A DNA stretch of 63,958 nt, counting the filler, from Folioceros fuciformis (lineage: Eukaryota): assembly GCA_049999805.1 (NCBI GenBank). It is 26 parts of 26 records of this genome, joined end to end, with 100 filler letters (N's around TTAATTAATTAA, not from the genome) between each part and the next. Parts side by side here need not be neighbours in the genome. Positions count along the whole stretch, not along the records: positions 62,110 to 63,958 come from JBNGIO010000197.1; 25 more parts are not named here. One strand, written 5' to 3'. Both the position numbers and the translations under genes were made by a program. The notes below the pieces were generated by a model. It worked only from the letters and a program-made list of their open reading frames with translations, searched no databases and was not told the origin of the DNA. Positions 63,574 through 63,958 of this stretch are shown here, piece by piece (within the stretch, counting starts at the first letter, position 1; every line of letters begins with the position of its first letter).

Positions 63574-63958
63574 AAGAGGTGCTTACCCCTTCCTCCCTTG
63601 AGCTACCTCGGGTTGCCTGCTCCCCCTCCTGTTGGGGTACCTGAAGGTTCTCTGCCTGCCCAGCTGTTGCCTCCTCCGGCTCTGTCCTCCTGGTACGGGT
63701 CACCCTCCTGGAGCGCTTAGGGGCACCTCCTTCGTTTCTTGGGTTGGTTCTTCAGCTATCCTGGGCCTTGCTGGGCCACCGGTAGCCCCGTCGGCTACCT
63801 GACTACCGGTAGTCCCGTGAACTATCGGGCTATCATTAGTCCCCTTGACTACCGTTCCTCTGGTTCGGCTACCGGTAGCCCCTTCTGCTACCGGGGTCGC
63901 CGACTGACTCGGACGCCCAGCCTTGCCCTTCCCCTTCACTCTCTCTCTGGCCTCATCC

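Overview
This is not one continuous locus. It is 26 short contigs (about 1-5 kb) joined by 25 artificial 100-bp linkers (N44-TTAATTAATTAA-N44), so neighbouring contigs are not biologically linked. The DNA is eukaryotic and mostly from a transposon-rich land plant; a non-seed plant is an inference only. It holds many Ty1/copia and Ty3/gypsy fragments, often nested, one L1-type and one CRE-like non-LTR fragment, a pogo-like remnant and several tandem repeats. Three intron-containing host genes are present: a GH3 acyl-acid amido synthetase, a thioredoxin-like 3-3, and a conserved uncharacterised plant protein (partial). The best candidate for an undescribed system is a copia family with extra parts: PBS, a long leader hairpin, an extra ~243-codon ORF upstream of gag (conserved with synonymous divergence in two copies, with a Cys/His motif), a conserved intercistronic block, then gag-pol. 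A related contig adds antisense ORF(s) between RNase H and the 3' LTR. Other highlights: a gypsy integrase ending in a PHD finger, a U5 motif shared by three otherwise divergent Athila/Tat-like LTR families, a contig with a fungal RIP signature carrying a gypsy gag relic, and a tandemly amplified pogo-type terminal repeat upstream of GH3. All calls are by eye; no searches were run.
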